64,000 nt of DNA from Chloroflexota bacterium (GCA_041390905.1 JAWKPA010000012.1:63216-127215); one strand, 5' to 3'; positions 9,464-19,589 are shown, numbered from the stretch's first letter. A program made the numbers and translations. Notes: generated by a model from the sequence alone, not told the origin.

Positions 9464-9653
9464 CAAACAGTGGTGCCGTTTGGCAACCACTTTGCGAACA
9501 GTTGCCAATGGTTCGCCGCCAGACGGCTCCACTAGCTGGCGGCGAATCATTGGCAACTGGTTACTTTTGCAGGTTGATTGGCATCTTGGAGCAAGACATA
9601 GGCACAACGCCTGTTTGTGTTTGGCCTCAAGAAAGGGCGTATGCGATACGCCC

Positions 9654-10757
9654 CTACCGTTTGCGTTTGGCCTTGCGAATGGCCTTGACGTGGGCTTGAT
9701 AGGGTTTGGGGATGGATTTCACGGGGTTGCCACTGACCAACGCTTCCACAACATCAAGATAGGCCACAAAATCATAGCGGGCAACGCCAAAGCGGGTGTT
9801 GTCGCCAATCTGGTCACGCAGTTGTTTGGTTTGAGCCAGCAAAATGGATTTATGCTGCTGGCCGCGCTGCACGGCAACGGCCGTTTCCCGCACCTGCTTT
9901 GCCAATTGCGCCATCGTCTCCTTCGCCGCCCCCAACATTGCCATCTGCCGCTCTGCCGGGTTCATGCTCGCCAAATTCTCGTTGGCTCGCTGCACTGATT
10001 CGGCCAGCGACTGCTTTTCAGCATCGCTCATTTGGGCAAGCTGGCTGGCCGTGGCCTGCGCCGCCGCCAGCAATTCGGCACGGGCCTGGGGTGGCATGGC
10101 CGCCAGTTCGCGCAGTTGCTTTAGCGTAGCTTGATCTTCAGCCAGCTCTGGCGCATCAATTTGCTCATCCAGCGCTACCACCCCCTCCATTGCCGCCACG
10201 GCATCGTCGTATCGTTCGGCGTCCTGGTAATAACCGGCCAGATTGTGGAGCAAAATGCCAAGCTGGGTCAGGGCGGGGACAGAATTGCCCAGGGCTTGCG
10301 CCAGCGCCACGGCTTCTTCTTGCAGCGAAACGGCCGTTTCTCCCTCTCCCCTCTGTGCTGCGGCCTGCGCCTCCTCGCCCAATGCCGCAACGGTTGCCTG
10401 TAGCTCCAGCAGCACCACCTGCTCCCGTTCGGCGGGAGAAAGCGCGGCCAGCCGCTGCATACGCACCAGTGCCGCCCGGTCTTGCTCCAGATCGGGGTTG
10501 TGGGTGCGTTCATCAAGGGCAACCACTTGTTCCAGCGCGGCAATGGCCTGGGCAAAACGGCCGTTTGCCTCATACAAATTTGCCAGATTAAACAGCAGCA
10601 CGCTTTGCGCCACCCATAGCTCATCCGACTCGCCCGCCTGCTGTACCAGGGCAATGGCTTCTTGCTGGTGAATAACGGCCGTTTCGTAATCACCTACTGC
10701 CGCCGCTGCCTGCGCCGCCGCCACCAATTCACCCAATGGGTCGTGTGTTTTGCTCAT
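9654..10757 (-). CDS. TPR-like repeat protein (Ala/Glu/Gln-rich helical repeats)
   Basis: 367 aa with repeated YETAVIHQQEAIAL / LYEANGRFAQAIAALEQVVALDE units. GAGGT upstream of the ATG. Several HIP copies in frame. Confidence 0.6.
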   Translation of the reverse strand: MSKTHDPLGELVAAAQAAAAVGDYETAVIHQQEAIALVQQAGESDELWVAQSVLLFNLANLYEANGRFAQAIAALEQVVALDERTHNPDLEQDRAALVRMQRLAALSPAEREQVVLLELQATVAALGEEAQAAAQRGEGETAVSLQEEAVALAQALGNSVPALTQLGILLHNLAGYYQDAERYDDAVAAMEGVVALDEQIDAPELAEDQATLKQLRELAAMPPQARAELLAAAQATASQLAQMSDAEKQSLAESVQRANENLASMNPAERQMAMLGAAKETMAQLAKQVRETAVAVQRGQQHKSILLAQTKQLRDQIGDNTRFGVARYDFVAYLDVVEALVSGNPVKSIPKPYQAHVKAIRKAKRKR

Positions 10758-10913
10758 ACTGTGTTACCTCAACCAAAATGAGGGGGCATGATACCAGCTT
10801 TGGGAACAAGGAGGTAGGGGTGCGGCGGCGGCTCATCGGCCGGGAGCCAGTAGATGAAGTCATAATCGGCCAAATGCCGGTAGCAATAGGCCAACAGAAA
10901 ATTCCAGAGAATT

Positions 10914-12803
10914 TCATTCCCCCTCCGCAATTTCGGTGAGTTCCAGCCAGCGCTCCATGATGGCTTCCAGCGACGTTTCGCACTGCTCAAGCCGGCCGGA
11001 AAGGATTTGCAGCTGCTGATAATCACCGCCAATGGCGTTGATGGCGGCCTGTAGGTCGGCTTTTTCCTGCTCCAACGCTTCAACCTGACCATCCAACTCC
11101 TCCAGCTCCCGCTTTTCTTTCCAGGTGAGCTTGCGCGGTTTGGCAGCAGGTGCGGATTCGGCGGGGCGGGGTTTGGCGGCGGCGGCGGGAGCGGCCGCTT
11201 GCTCGTCTTCCTGACGAAGCTGCTGGTAGGTGCTATAGGGGGCGGGGTAGCGGGGGGAAAAACGGCCGTTTTCAAACACCGCCAAAAAATCCACCGTCCT
11301 GTCCAAAAAATACCGGTCGTGGCTCACCACAATCAAACTGCCCGCAAACTGGTCGAGAAACGCCTCCAGCACCCCCAGCGTCTGCACATCCAAATCATTC
11401 GTCGGCTCATCCAGAATCAGCACGTTGGGTTGCTGCGCCAGCACGCTCAGCAAATACAGCCGCCTCTTCTCCCCTCCACTCAGCGACGAAATCCACGCCT
11501 GCTGCTGCGGCCGGGGAAAAAGAAACCATTCCAGCATTTGCGCCGCCTCAATCCGCTCCCCCTCCTGCGTGCGAATCAGCGGGGCGCGGTCGTTGATAAA
11601 GTCCAGCACCTTTTGGTCCAGCGGCAGCTCCCGGCTGTGCTGGTCGTAATACCCCACCACCACCGTTTCCCCCCACGTCACCGTCCCGGCATCGGGCGGC
11701 AACAGCCCGGTGAGTATGTCGAGCAGCGTGCTTTTGCCCACCCCGTTGGGGCCAATCAGCCCAATGCGATCCCCCTTTTCCAGCGTAAAGTCCAGGTCAC
11801 GGAACAGGTCGTTTGCGCCAAATGATTTGGCTAACCCTTTGGCCGTCAGCACCTTGGTTCCCAGCCGACGGCTTGCCAGCGACATCATCACCCGGTCATC
11901 GGCGCGGTCATAGCGAATATCCTGCAGCTCCTCCACCCGCTGGATCCGCGCCTTTTGCTTTGTCCCCCGCGCAATCGCCCCGCGCTGCAGCCACGCCAAC
12001 TCCCGCCGCAGCATCCCCTGCCGCTTTTCTTCTCCCTGCGCCAGCAGTGCCTCCCGCTCCGCCCGCTGCTCCAAATAGCGGGTGTAGTTGCCGGGGTAGC
12101 TCACCAGTTCGCGCCGATTTAGCTCAATGATGCCATTGGCAACCCGATCCAAAAAGTAGCGGTCGTGCGTCACCATCAGCAGTGCGCCGGGCAGGTTGAG
12201 CAGATGGGTTTCCAGCCAGTCCACAGTGTCGGCATCAATGTGGTTGGTCGGTTCGTCCAGAATGAGCAGGTCGGCGGGGTCAACCAGCCCCTGCGCCAGC
12301 GCCACCCGCTTGCGCTCGCCGCCGCTGAGGGTGCCAACCCTGGCTTCAAACTGGGTAATGCCCAGCCGCGTCAGCACCGCCTTGGCTTCGGCCTCGGCCG
12401 CCCAGCCGTTACGCCTGTCCATCTCGTCGCTGATGGCGGCAAACTGCTCCTGAAGCTGTTTTTGGCGCGGGTTGGCCTGCAGCAGGGCGGCAATGCGCTC
12501 ATAGTCGCGCAACAGCCGAATGTGGGGGGCATCGCTGGTGAACACCTGCTCCAGCACGGTGAAGTTGTCGTTGAGTTCCGGCTCCTGCGGCAGGTAGCGG
12601 ATGCGAACGCCGCCCCAGACGGTGCGCTCGCCGCTGTCGGCGGGTTCCAGCCCGGTGATGATGCGCAACAAGGTGGTTTTGCCGCTGCCGTTGACGCCAA
12701 TCAGCCCCAGCCGGTCGCCGCTGTTGATTCGCAGGCTGACCTGGGTGAGTAACGGCCGTTCGCTAAACTGTTTGCTGATGTTTTCCAGGGTGATTAAATT
12801 CAT
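10914..12803 (-). CDS. ABC-F family ATPase (Uup/EttA-like; two ABC domains plus a C-terminal coiled coil)
   Basis: Walker A GVNGSGKTT and GPNGVGKST. Signatures LSGGERKRVALA and LSGGEKRRLYLL. Basic, coiled-coil C-terminus. Confidence 0.9.
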   Translation of the reverse strand: MNLITLENISKQFSERPLLTQVSLRINSGDRLGLIGVNGSGKTTLLRIITGLEPADSGERTVWGGVRIRYLPQEPELNDNFTVLEQVFTSDAPHIRLLRDYERIAALLQANPRQKQLQEQFAAISDEMDRRNGWAAEAEAKAVLTRLGITQFEARVGTLSGGERKRVALAQGLVDPADLLILDEPTNHIDADTVDWLETHLLNLPGALLMVTHDRYFLDRVANGIIELNRRELVSYPGNYTRYLEQRAEREALLAQGEEKRQGMLRRELAWLQRGAIARGTKQKARIQRVEELQDIRYDRADDRVMMSLASRRLGTKVLTAKGLAKSFGANDLFRDLDFTLEKGDRIGLIGPNGVGKSTLLDILTGLLPPDAGTVTWGETVVVGYYDQHSRELPLDQKVLDFINDRAPLIRTQEGERIEAAQMLEWFLFPRPQQQAWISSLSGGEKRRLYLLSVLAQQPNVLILDEPTNDLDVQTLGVLEAFLDQFAGSLIVVSHDRYFLDRTVDFLAVFENGRFSPRYPAPYSTYQQLRQEDEQAAAPAAAAKPRPAESAPAAKPRKLTWKEKRELEELDGQVEALEQEKADLQAAINAIGGDYQQLQILSGRLEQCETSLEAIMERWLELTEIAEGE

Positions 12804-12804
12804 G

Positions 12805-12892
12805 AGGGGAATAGAGATTGGGGATTGGAGATTGGAGATTGATGAAGGGTTTCAATCTCCAATCTCCAACCACTAATCTCCCTTTGCTTGAT
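12805..12892. repeat. heptamer-tandem hairpin element (GGAGATT / AATCTCC type)
   Basis: gattggggattggagattggagattgatgaagggtttcaatctccaatctccaaccactaatctcc. Sits at the 3' end of the S2P gene. Confidence 0.75.
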
Positions 12893-14039
12893 CCAAAATC
12901 GCCTGTAGCCACGCCGCTTCGGCCAGGTTGGCCCCGGTTTGGGGATGATGACGCAGGATGTCGAGGCCAATTGTGGCTCTGGCGTGGGCGGCGGTGTGGT
13001 CGCCTTCGCGCAGCAGCACGGCGGCTTCGGCGCGGCAGGACAGGGGATGTTTGTGGCTGCGGCGGTGCAGCCGCTCCAGCCATTCCCGCCCTTCGGCCGG
13101 GTTGTTTTGGTACATGGCGAGCAGGTATGCCTTTTCCAGGGTAAAGCGGCCGACGGCACCGGGAAAGCGGCTGGCGCGGAGAGTGAAGGCATCGTCGAGG
13201 AGGAGGTTGGCTTGGGAAAAACGGCCGTTATCCACCATCCACTGATACACCAGCAGCCGCGCCATCATCCCTTCCGACGACGCATCCAGCCCTGCCAGCA
13301 CCTGCTGCACCATCGTTTCATCCCAGTCGCGGGGGCGCTGCCCCTGCACATCGGCACTGTTGAGGGCAACCAAGGCGCACCAGCGTTGGGCTTCGGCTCC
13401 GTTTTGCAGCAGCATGAGGATGCGGCCCCCGTCGGCGGGCATCCCGTTGGGATAGGTACCGGGTTTCATGGAGGTGAGGAAGAAGATGAGGGAGGAAACG
13501 GCCGTTATTGCCGCACCTTCCCCCAGCCAGGCCGGAGCCGTAGACGGCAGCCCGTAGAACAACGCCCCCGCCAGCAGCGCCAGCAGCAAACTTGCCACCG
13601 GCCCACCCAGGGCAAACAGCAGCATCCGGCGGCGCAAATCATAAATCTCTTCCGGGATACAGGCCGCCAGCCCGTTAAATGCCCCGCCCCGGCTCAGGCC
13701 AAGGCGCAGCTTGCCCGTTTCGCGGCTGATTTTCAACGGCCCCACCACCAGCAAATGAAAACGTAATTTTGCCAGCCGACCGCCCAGCAAATGCCCCAGC
13801 TCATGCACGGCCGAGGTGAGTAGCAGCAGAGCCGCCCCCACTAGCAGCAGCCGCAAAAAGCTGCCAAACAAGCTGCTTCCCCCGGCCAGTTGCGCCCGGA
13901 TAGCAATGCGGTTGACGTTGACCACCACAAGCCCCAACAGCCCGTAGAGCGTCAGGTTAAACACCCACGCCCACGCCGTCACCAGCCACGACTGCGGCCG
14001 GCGGCGGTACGGTTGGTCTAGTTCACTGTTAACGCTCAT
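12873..14039 (-). CDS. M50 family (site-2 protease-like) zinc metalloprotease
   Basis: HELGH motif in a TM helix (AVHELGHLLGG). Multi-TM protein. Start at MSVNSELDQ (cat 14037-14039). The upstream ORF extension reads through the hairpin. Confidence 0.7.
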   Translation of the reverse strand: MSVNSELDQPYRRRPQSWLVTAWAWVFNLTLYGLLGLVVVNVNRIAIRAQLAGGSSLFGSFLRLLLVGAALLLLTSAVHELGHLLGGRLAKLRFHLLVVGPLKISRETGKLRLGLSRGGAFNGLAACIPEEIYDLRRRMLLFALGGPVASLLLALLAGALFYGLPSTAPAWLGEGAAITAVSSLIFFLTSMKPGTYPNGMPADGGRILMLLQNGAEAQRWCALVALNSADVQGQRPRDWDETMVQQVLAGLDASSEGMMARLLVYQWMVDNGRFSQANLLLDDAFTLRASRFPGAVGRFTLEKAYLLAMYQNNPAEGREWLERLHRRSHKHPLSCRAEAAVLLREGDHTAAHARATIGLDILRHHPQTGANLAEAAWLQAILDQAKGD

Positions 14040-14112
14040 GGGGATGTGTGGGGAGTAGGGTGTGGGGTGTGGGGTGTAAACACGCTCCACACCCTACACC
14101 CTACTCCCCACG
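14040..14112. repeat. heptamer-tandem hairpin element (GGGTGTG type)
   Basis: ggggagtagggtgtggggtgtggggtg - taaacacgctc - cacaccctacaccctactcccc. Confidence 0.7.
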
Positions 14113-14122
14113 TCCAAACAAA

Positions 14123-15109
14123 TTACGACTGCAACAAATGCGCCACAACGTCGCGCTCTTCACGCAGTTCGTCCAGCGTGGCCTGGATTTTGCTTTGGGC
14201 AAAGTCGTTGAGCGGCACACCCTGCACGATGCTGTAGCCGCCCTGCCCGTCGCTGACCAGCGGGAAGGAGAAGATGAGGCCGGGGTCAATGCCGTAGCTG
14301 CCGTCGGAGGCCACGGCGGCGGAGAACCAGTTGCCTTCCGGGGTTTTGGCTTCAAAGCTGCGAACGTGGTCGAGGGCGGCGGAGGCGGCGGAGGCGGCGG
14401 AGGATTTGCCGCGTGCCTGGATGACGGCAGCACCCCGTTTTTGCACGACGCTGATAAATTCGCCGCGCAGCCAAGCCATGTCGTTGATGACTTCGGGAGC
14501 GGGACGGCCGTTAATTTTGGCATTTTCCCCGTCGGGATACTGGGTAGCACTGTGGTTGCCCCAAATCGTGAGGTTGCTCACCTCGTTAATGGACACCCCC
14601 GCTTTTTGCGCCAGTTGGGCATAGGCGCGGTTCTGGTCGAGCCGGGTGAGAGCGCCAAACCGTTCACGCGGAACGTCGGGGGCGTTGTTCATGGCGATGA
14701 GGCAGTTGGTGTTGGCCGGGTTGCCCACCACCAACACGCGCACATCGGAGGCACCGCGCTGGAGTGCCTGACCTTGCCCGGTAAAGATGGGGCCGTTTGC
14801 CAAAATCAGGTCGCCGCGCTCCATGCCGGCACTGCGCGGGCGTGAACCAACCAGCAGCGCCCAGTTTACGCCGTCAAAGGCGACGTTGGGGTCGTCGGTA
14901 ATGACCATTTTTTCCAGCAGCGGGAAGGCACAGTCGTCCATTTCCATGACCACCCCTTCCAGCGAGGGCAAGGCCGGGGTGATTTCCAGTAGGTGCAGAT
15001 GGACCTTGGTGTCCATGCCAAACACTTCGCCGTTGGCAATGCGCGGTAATAGTGAGTAACCAATCTGCCCAGCCGCGCCTGTAACAGCAACTTTAACAAC
15101 TCGTGACAT
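14123..15109 (-). CDS. mdh: malate dehydrogenase (NAD-dependent, LDH/MDH family)
   Basis: [21 protein letters not shown]... [19 protein letters not shown]... [16 protein letters not shown] lies 9 nt upstream of the ATG (cat 15107-15109). Confidence 0.9.
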   Translation of the reverse strand: MSRVVKVAVTGAAGQIGYSLLPRIANGEVFGMDTKVHLHLLEITPALPSLEGVVMEMDDCAFPLLEKMVITDDPNVAFDGVNWALLVGSRPRSAGMERGDLILANGPIFTGQGQALQRGASDVRVLVVGNPANTNCLIAMNNAPDVPRERFGALTRLDQNRAYAQLAQKAGVSINEVSNLTIWGNHSATQYPDGENAKINGRPAPEVINDMAWLRGEFISVVQKRGAAVIQARGKSSAASAASAALDHVRSFEAKTPEGNWFSAAVASDGSYGIDPGLIFSFPLVSDGQGGYSIVQGVPLNDFAQSKIQATLDELREERDVVAHLLQS

Positions 15110-15242
15110 GATGTTTTTCTCCTTAATCGAATCGGTTGGGGTTGCCAAACTCCGTTCTGGCGCATCTGCCCGTTTGTAACCCCAATCGTGATTTGTAAAG
15201 GTAATCTTTTGGATAATGAAATTATCGCCCATTGGCGAAAAG

Positions 15243-15330
15243 TGGCAAACGGTATTCAGTAATCAGTAATCGGTAATCGGTGTGCTACCGTTTACTGATT
15301 ACTGTTTACCGATTACTGTTTACTGCTCCC
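15243..15330. repeat. heptamer-tandem hairpin element (CAGTAAT/CGGTAAT type)
   Basis: cagtaatcagtaatcggtaatcgg - tgtgctaccg - tttactgattactgtttaccgattactgtttactg. The same heptamer family as 62883-62950. Confidence 0.7.
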
Positions 15331-16118
15331 CGCTGGCGGACGACTTCGTAGAGCAATAACGCGGTAGCGGTGGACAGGTTGAGGCTGTCGGCGATGCCGT
15401 GCATGGGGATGACGACGTGGGTGTCGGTTTGGGCAAGCCAGTCGTGGCCGAGGCCGTGGGCTTCGCTGCCCATGACGATGGCGACGGGGCCGTGCATGGG
15501 GACGCGGGTGTAGCTGGTTTGCCCGGCGGGGGTGGCGGCGATGATTTGGATGTGGCGTTGGTGGAGCCAAACGGCCGTTTCTTCCACCCCACTCACCGCC
15601 ACCGGCACATGAAACAGCGTCCCCAGGCTGGCTCGCACCACGTTGGGGTTGAACAGATCGGTGCTGCTGTCGCCGGTGACAATCACCCCATCCACCCCGG
15701 CAGCGTCGGCGGTGCGGAGAATGGCACCCAGATTGCCCGGCTTTTCGATGTTGTCCACGACGACATAAAACGGGTTGGCTGTTGGCGGCAGGTCGGCCAG
15801 CCGCGTCGGCCAGTAGGGAACGGTTAGCACCACGCCGCCGCTGTCACCACGATAGGCGATTTTTTGAAAAACGGCCGTTGTCACCTCCACCCATTCTGCC
15901 CCCCGCGCCGCCACCTGCTGCAATTGTGCCACCAGTTCGTGGTTGGTGAGCAGTTCCGGGCAGACAAAAACGGCCGTTGGCATCACGCCCGCCGCCAAGG
16001 CTCGCAGCACCTCCCGCTCCCCCTCCACCAGCGTCAGCCGCGCTGCGTCCCGCTGCCGCCGGTTGTTAAGTTTGACAAGCTGTTTAATACGGCCGTTTTG
16101 CAAGCTGGAGATTAGCAT
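15306..16118 (-). CDS. SpoU/TrmH family RNA 2'-O-methyltransferase
   Basis: NPGNLGAILRTADAAGVDGVIV motif. Start placed at MLISSLQNGRIKQ (cat 16116-16118). The ORF N-terminal extension is a translation of the hairpin. Confidence 0.75.
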   Translation of the reverse strand: MLISSLQNGRIKQLVKLNNRRQRDAARLTLVEGEREVLRALAAGVMPTAVFVCPELLTNHELVAQLQQVAARGAEWVEVTTAVFQKIAYRGDSGGVVLTVPYWPTRLADLPPTANPFYVVVDNIEKPGNLGAILRTADAAGVDGVIVTGDSSTDLFNPNVVRASLGTLFHVPVAVSGVEETAVWLHQRHIQIIAATPAGQTSYTRVPMHGPVAIVMGSEAHGLGHDWLAQTDTHVVIPMHGIADSLNLSTATALLLYEVVRQRGAVNSNR

Positions 16119-16136
16119 GAGGGGCGGATATTTGTC

Positions 16137-16202
16137 GAGATTGGAGGTTGGAGATTGGAGATTGATGAAGGTTGACAATCCCTAATCTCCAATCTCCAAT
16201 CC
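16137..16202. repeat. heptamer-tandem hairpin element (GGAGATT type)
   Basis: gattggaggttggagattggagattgatgaaggttgacaatccctaatctccaatctccaatcc. Confidence 0.75.
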
Positions 16203-16206
16203 CCTT

Positions 16207-16710
16207 TCAAAGCAAGGTAATAAACCCAAACTCCCGTTCGGAATCCGTCAACGCCTTGACGTAATCCTTAGCAAAAAAGTTTTTGATTTGGAGGAACACT
16301 GCCTCATAAAACGGGTCAAGCTGCCCCCTCGCCCCTTCAGGAATGCGGATTTCGCGGCCATTTTTGCCCAGTTTTACAATGAAATGCTCGCCGACTTTCT
16401 TGATAAAGAAGCTGAGGACAAAGGATCGCAGGTGAGAACGGCCTTGATCATGCACCGCCAGCTCGACGCCAAAATGCCAAAACGACTCATCCCCCATCCG
16501 CATGGCTCCAGCAAGGGCGTAGAAGCGGTTTGACGGGTCAAACTCTTCGCCCAGCGGAATGTAGGTGATCTCTTGGTCTTGCGGCCATTCAAGATAATCC
16601 ACCATGCCAAAAACCAGCTCCCGCGCAAAGTCGCGGCATGTCTCTTCGTATTCATTAAATGTGCGTCGAGCTTGGCTATACGCCTGACAAATTTCTTCAA
16701 ATTTACTCAT
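16207..16710 (-). CDS. hypothetical protein (167 aa, lower GC)
   Basis: ORF with no recognisable motif. AT-richer codon usage than its neighbours. Confidence 0.45.
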   Translation of the reverse strand: MSKFEEICQAYSQARRTFNEYEETCRDFARELVFGMVDYLEWPQDQEITYIPLGEEFDPSNRFYALAGAMRMGDESFWHFGVELAVHDQGRSHLRSFVLSFFIKKVGEHFIVKLGKNGREIRIPEGARGQLDPFYEAVFLQIKNFFAKDYVKALTDSEREFGFITLL

Positions 16711-16767
16711 GTCAACATCTTCGCCATTCTGATGGCCTCAATCGGCCACATCAGGAAAATCTACGCC

Positions 16768-17604
16768 CTACTGGTTTCGCCGGAGACCGGGCGCGGCCAA
16801 TGCTTCATCGCTTGACCAGGTAGCAATGGGGAGTGCCGGCTTGTCTTCTTCCGTTTTCAGCCAGCCGCGCATTAGCAGGATGGTAGTCGTGCTGAAAACG
16901 ATGCCACCCAGCACCCAAATAAGCATGGAACCCACATTATAGTCGTTGATGTCCAGCCCGGAAAAGCGGAAGGTTTGGGGGTACAAAAAAACAGTTTGGG
17001 GGTTGATAAGCAGAATTAACCCCACAATTTTAATAGGTGTGGCTCCGATGATGGTATAGGCGGCGCGTGCCAGAGGCGGCAGCGGCGCGTGCCAGTATGG
17101 ATAGGCCTGGGTAATGTGCCACCAGTAGAGCAGGGCAGCACCCAGAAGCGTGGGAATTTCTACCCAACGCAGCAATGGATACAGGAGGGTGGCTTGATGA
17201 ATGGCGGGATCGTACCAAAGCCAAAAGGTGGAGATGAAGAGCAGCCAGGCGATGCCACGATTGGTAAACGGCCGTATTTTTGCCACAAACGGCCGTTTTT
17301 CCTCCAGCCAACCCCGCCACTCGGCCGGCAGCCCGGCCAAAAGCTGCGGCAGCGGATTGGCCGCCATCAGCAGTGCCGGAATCCAGGCGATGAGCAGCAG
17401 GTGCTGCGCCACGCGCAAGGAAAAATATTGGCTGGCAAGCTGGTGCAGTGGGGTAGCCAGGGCAAGCAGCAAAATACCGATTCCGGCCGTAAAAGATGCA
17501 GCCCGCATTTGGCTGCTAGGCACAAGCCGCCGCCCCCGCCCATAACAAACGGTGGTGGTGAGTAAAACGGCCGTTATGCCCAAGCGCCAAATCCAGATAC
17601 CCAT
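16768..17604 (-). CDS. polytopic membrane protein, possibly a caa3-type cytochrome oxidase assembly factor CtaG-like
   Basis: 7 predicted TM helices. Segment LRVAQHLLLIAWIPALLMAANP resembles the CtaG family motif. Contains HIP copies, so it is native. Start MGIWIWRLG (cat 17602-17604). Confidence 0.45.
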   Translation of the reverse strand: MGIWIWRLGITAVLLTTTVCYGRGRRLVPSSQMRAASFTAGIGILLLALATPLHQLASQYFSLRVAQHLLLIAWIPALLMAANPLPQLLAGLPAEWRGWLEEKRPFVAKIRPFTNRGIAWLLFISTFWLWYDPAIHQATLLYPLLRWVEIPTLLGAALLYWWHITQAYPYWHAPLPPLARAAYTIIGATPIKIVGLILLINPQTVFLYPQTFRFSGLDINDYNVGSMLIWVLGGIVFSTTTILLMRGWLKTEEDKPALPIATWSSDEALAAPGLRRNQ

Positions 17605-17682
17605 TAGAACATTGTAGCAACGGTAACGGCCGTTTGACAATCTCGCTTCAAATACGTTCAGGAAAAACAGCAAAGGAGGGCA

Positions 17683-18348
17683 TCAGACCCACCCCAACTC
17701 AGCTAGATAAACCTGGAACATAAGCGAAAAGGCGTGAGCTGGTTGCCCAAAACTGAGGACAAACTCTCGTTCCAGCTTTGTTATTCCTGGCCTGCCTTCA
17801 CGTAATTGGCGTTCCCGAATTGCCCGTAACAAACGATCAAACTCGCGTAGCTGTTTAACACGCAAGTAATTTAGCTGCTCACGATCCAAATGGTATTTCC
17901 GAATCGTTTGGCTCCCTTTGAATGAGCCATACCGAGAGCGAATATATTCATCCTCAAATGATAAATGATCTTCGGGTAAGTCAATATTGTTGCAAGGATC
18001 AAGACAATCAGCTAAGGGAATTCGTGCATTTGGCTGCTTTTTACGGTTACATTCCCGGCATGCCCAGCATAGATTCTCCCATGCAAAGGCCAAGTCTGGG
18101 CGTTCTGCAACCTCCATAACGTGATCAACTTCCCCCTCGCTCTCAGCCAGCTTGCGTTCACAGTAAAAACATTTGCGGAAACTCATGGCGGCCAGCGTTT
18201 CACGAATCTCTACATGACGATATTGGCTGGAAGGGGGACGACTGGCAGGAGATGCTTGGCGTTTCTTTAAATACGCCTCCGTCCATCTCGCCTTGTTTTT
18301 AGTCAAAATAGCTGGTTCTGGTGGTCTCGACAATGTTCTCAAGCTCAA
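17683..18348 (-). CDS. HNH endonuclease (PtuB-like partner of the upstream ATPase)
   Basis: CFYCERKL ... EVDHVMEV ... NLCWACRECNRKK (HNH ββα-metal motif). Overlaps the ATPase stop by 4 nt. Low GC. Confidence 0.75.
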   Translation of the reverse strand: MSLRTLSRPPEPAILTKNKARWTEAYLKKRQASPASRPPSSQYRHVEIRETLAAMSFRKCFYCERKLAESEGEVDHVMEVAERPDLAFAWENLCWACRECNRKKQPNARIPLADCLDPCNNIDLPEDHLSFEDEYIRSRYGSFKGSQTIRKYHLDREQLNYLRVKQLREFDRLLRAIRERQLREGRPGITKLEREFVLSFGQPAHAFSLMFQVYLAELGWV

Positions 18349-19589
18349 AATCCCCCACGGGCCAACGACTGGATCATTTTGTCAACATCAAAATAGGAAA
18401 AGGCTTCAGGATTTAGCTGCTTCAACTGCGCTTCAATTTCATCTTGCAAGCGATGGTTATTTGACGCAATAGCCTCTTCCCGCTGTTCAAGCAGTTGCGT
18501 AATTTCTTCGTTATACGGTTGCGTTTCTTCAAAAAGTGGCGACATCAAAATTTCATCAACAGGTTTGTTGCTATACTCATCCGTTTCATCTACGACAACG
18601 CAGTGATCCCCGCGTGATTGGCAGACAAACAGACGGGCATTGGGTACCGACGAAATGATGAACGGCGAGTGCGTGGTAGCAATAATTTGCAAATTGGGGA
18701 AAAGCTCCAGAATGGTTCTAATAAACCGCTTCTGCCATTTGGGGTGCAGTTGGTTCTCTGCCTCATCAATTAACAGCAGCCCTGGTGTTTGCCCCAATTC
18801 CGACAAAGGCGTTTTCCGCAAAAAATGAACGGAATACATTTTTCCAAGCAAAGCAACCAGATTTTGAATTAGATATGAGTTGCCACTGCTAAGATTTTCT
18901 AAACCAACCTCTTGTCCATTTTGGATAATGATTGGCTCATAGGTAGCACGGGCAACATGACTTAATTTACCTCCATCGATCAGACTGTTAGCAATTATTT
19001 GCTCTAGCATGCTGTACAACTTCATGCCCATATTGCGTTCAGTGGTATCTCGACTATCTCGAAGATAATCAAAATGGCAAATTAGTTGCGTAATCTCATA
19101 TTTAGCTTTTATTCCATTCAAGGAATCTGTTAAATACTGCTCGTGCTTGGGGCTTATGAGCGAATGCACGTTATACGATCCACTTGCTGTTGTAGAAGGC
19201 CAGTAATCAACGAGCCAATCAGGTGCCGAATTTCCCCGCGCTACCTGGTATGGCATTTCATAAATTTGAATTGAGTCAGTATGAATCACTGTACTCGTCT
19301 CTCGCCGCTCAAACACTTTGGAGCTTAATTGCAGAAAGGAATTTTCTGGCTCCAGGCTTAACTCAATGTTTGCCTTATCGACCTGTCCTCTTCTGGGAAG
19401 GTCTCGTTCTAATTTGCAAAAATGTTCACCAAACATGCCACGAATGGCATCCAGGATGATGCTTTTGCCAGTTCCGTTTTCGCCTGTAATTAGCACAACG
19501 GGTGGTTTTTCATCCGTTTCGTTGAAAAAATCGAGTTCGGCTTCGATGAAAGGGCCAATGTTTTGGAGAGACAACTTTTTAACTCTCAT
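18345..19589 (-). CDS. AAA_21/ABC-type ATPase (PtuA-like; SMC/RecF-like N-terminus)
   Basis: Walker A GENGTGKSIILDAI. Signature LSSGNSYLIQNL. Walker B LLLIDEAENQLHP. H-loop ATTHSP. Low GC (about 43-45% by eye). No HIP copies. Confidence 0.8.
   Translation of the reverse strand: MRVKKLSLQNIGPFIEAELDFFNETDEKPPVVLITGENGTGKSIILDAIRGMFGEHFCKLERDLPRRGQVDKANIELSLEPENSFLQLSSKVFERRETSTVIHTDSIQIYEMPYQVARGNSAPDWLVDYWPSTTASGSYNVHSLISPKHEQYLTDSLNGIKAKYEITQLICHFDYLRDSRDTTERNMGMKLYSMLEQIIANSLIDGGKLSHVARATYEPIIIQNGQEVGLENLSSGNSYLIQNLVALLGKMYSVHFLRKTPLSELGQTPGLLLIDEAENQLHPKWQKRFIRTILELFPNLQIIATTHSPFIISSVPNARLFVCQSRGDHCVVVDETDEYSNKPVDEILMSPLFEETQPYNEEITQLLEQREEAIASNNHRLQDEIEAQLKQLNPEAFSYFDVDKMIQSLARGGF

Noticed and set aside
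9480-9998. 172-aa + ORF
   Set aside because: Overlaps antisense with the TPR-like gene. No start context.
12601-12876. ORFs translating as …EIGDWRLEI…QSPISN… (also 12818..13144, 15943..16185, 20727..20915, 36985..37227, 43141..43701)
   Set aside because: These are translations of the GGAGATT/AATCTCC hairpin elements. The shared peptide is a repeat artefact, not a protein family, except where the element lies inside moeA (reported as a finding).
12939-13766. 275-aa + ORF
   Set aside because: Antisense to the M50 protease gene (HELGH motif is on the other strand).
14048-14845. 265-aa + ORF
   Set aside because: Antisense to malate dehydrogenase. The N-terminus is a translation of the GGGTGTG hairpin.
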